Positions 62,144 to 64,000 of a stretch of 64,000 nt of DNA are shown here, in pieces. Each line of letters starts with the position of its first letter. The stretch's first letter is position 1. Source of the DNA: Klebsormidium nitens. Its lineage: Eukaryota; Plantae; Klebsormidiophyceae. The position numbers and the translations under genes were made by a program. The stretch covers positions 186,001 through 250,000 of the forward strand of contig DF236965.1 in assembly GCA_000708835.1 (NCBI GenBank), written 5' to 3'. Below the pieces are notes generated by a model. That model saw nothing but the letters and a program-made list of their open reading frames with translations, was not told the DNA's origin and searched no databases.

Positions 62144-64000
62144 CTAGCTTATCCGTCGTTCTAGGACGTCTAGCGCGGCCCGGTAGACACGCTCCAAGCC
62201 CCCCGTCCCCCCCAGCGTGGTAAACACCCGCGCCAGCGCCTGGAGCTCCTCCATGCTCCCCTTGTCAAACAAGCTCCGCAATAGCCGCTCGTCTCTACCG
62301 AGCCCCACAGCCGCCCCCGCATCCCCCCCGGGCCGGCTGGTGACCTCGTTCAACCCCTGCCGGCGGAGCCAATACTCGCGGCACGTGTGATGGGGGTCTA
62401 GCGCCTCCACCAGGCGAATGATGGCCGGGTCTGTCAGGCCAAACATGTCGACACCCGAGACATCGGCGACCGCAAGGGGGAGCGCTTTGTGGACTGCCGC
62501 CGGGAAGACGTGGTCCTGGCGTAACTGGCGGAGGCCGTTGTTTACGAGCGCCTGGATCTCCGCCCAGCACTCGTCGGGGCTGGCGCCCACGAACGGCGTC
62601 TGCGGGCGGTCCTCCGCAATGACCTGCACACAGAATCTCGTCAATTGACTTGCGCAAATAAATCATGACTTGCGCAAATAAATCATGTAAACTAAACAAA
62701 CGGTCTTGTACTCAAACGTCAATCTCCGGACAGCGACTTGTTGACGAAGCGCCTGCGAGTAGGCCCCAAAGTCACCTTTACAACCTCCACGCGGTTCGGG
62801 AATCTTGACGACATTCCAGTCACTCTCTCTGTCGAGCTCTGGTAAAAGGGGAGAACGGTGGAAAACTTTGTACTTCAAATTGCACCCAACTCTGCACGAC
62901 TAAGCACATTCTGAACAGGGGACCCCTCAACCAAGCGCGGTAAAAGGCAAGAGCCACGTGCCCCAGGTGACTGCGGCTGAAGTCAGGAACTGAAAGGTTG
63001 TGACGACAGTGAACTAACAATCGAAGCAATAGCGCCTCGGTATTCAGGGCGGCTGCAAATCTGGACTGGATCGAAGAGCGTTACAACAGACGTGTACTCA
63101 ACAAGGGTGGAGAAAGGACTCGATTTTTGGGTTGCCTTTACTTGAACATGGATAAACAAACGGGCGGCAAAAGCAGCCAGTGATTCAATTACTCGGTCAT
63201 TCTGAATGCATTCGACGGCTTTTGAAAAGGAAGATGCAACCCAAAAAGTCCCTCGTATGTGGAGCCAGGCCAACAGACTTGCATGCACTACAGGATCCAT
63301 GTGTCCGTTCGAGCCGTCAGCAAACCGGTTGCACTTGAAGATCCGGCGAAGAGAATGGAGGAAAAAGAGCTAAAGTATCCTCCAACGCAGCGTGCAAGAG
63401 ATGCAAGGAGGCTGGATCCTGTGAACCTCAACACAGGGACTACACAGAGACTTTGCTTTTGCTTATAGGAATCTTGATTCGAATCAGGGGCCGCACCTTG
63501 AAAACGGGGAGGGGCTGCACAGTTGCGTCCCAGTGCTCCATAATCTCCTGGAAGAAGAGGCACTTTCGCGTCACATCGCGCGTGCTGTAAAAGCTGACGG
63601 CGCTGCGGTAACCCCCCGGATAGATGCTCCGCTCATCCCACCAACCCGCCCGCGAAACCAGACGCCCTAGGTTTACCAGTTCTACATCCACCGCAACCCG
63701 CCCGCTGCTCACGGTACGCCCAACATCTCCGGGGGGGTTGCGCGGGGGGTCTAGTGGCCGCGCTACCGCCCCCCCATTGGGGGTGGATTGGTCAAAGATG
63801 GTCCTGCCAAACAGGCGGGGGGGTTCTGGAGACGGGTTTGCAGGCGGCCGGTACGGGTCAGGGAAGGAGGTCATGGGGCGCACGCTGGGGGGCTCGTCGG
63901 GGGGCGGCCGACCAGGGGGGGGCGGAGTCCTCTTTTGCTTTGCACGCACTTTGCTGCCTGAGCGAGCCTGATCGCCTGCAGTGCAAACGAGACGGATCAA
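62144..64000 (-). CDS. 3' part of a FYRN/FYRC-domain protein, probably a KDM5/JMJ14-type histone demethylase; 5' part outside the window
   Basis: Exon >64000-63497 has FYRN (ELVNLGRLVSRAGWWDERSIYPGGYRSAVSFYSTRDVTRKC). Exon 62623-62144 has FYRC (SPDECWAEI...SGVDMFGLTDPAIIRLVEALDPHHTCREYW) and an LLRSLFDKGSMEEL tail like JMJ14/16. The JmjC domain itself is not in the window. Confidence 0.75.
62646..62685. repeat. 20-bp tandem duplication near the FYRC exon acceptor
   Basis: tgacttgcgcaaataaatca occurs twice in tandem. Confidence 0.9.

Overview
Eukaryotic, intron-rich, gene-dense nuclear DNA from a green plant lineage. The gene set and style suggest a streptophyte green alga such as Klebsormidium; this is inference and the species cannot be read from the window. 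Stitching exons by hand gives 11 protein-coding genes in strictly alternating orientation: XPO7 (-, 3' end outside the window), TTL-type TPR-thioredoxin (+), pterin-4a-carbinolamine dehydratase (-), a large p101/p84 (PI3K class IB regulatory subunit)-like protein (+), PARTING DANCERS (-), fibrillin FBN6 (+), bZIP60 (-), a secreted SnoaL/NTF2-like protein (+), exocyst SEC5 (-), SmD1 (+) and the FYRN/FYRC 3' end of a probable JMJ14/KDM5-type demethylase (-). Main highlights: (1) an apparently full-length p101/p84 homologue in a plant-lineage genome that keeps a DAG-kinase-type GGDG motif; (2) a TTL protein with an intact WCGPC active site; (3) a complete IRE1 twin-hairpin with a 23-nt unconventional intron in bZIP60 that exists only after spliceosomal splicing; (4) a meiotic ZMM gene; (5) intronic tandem arrays made of copies of the neighbouring splice junction. 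All family calls rest on recalled reference sequences, not on database searches. No rRNA, tRNA, CRISPR array or intact transposon was recognised.
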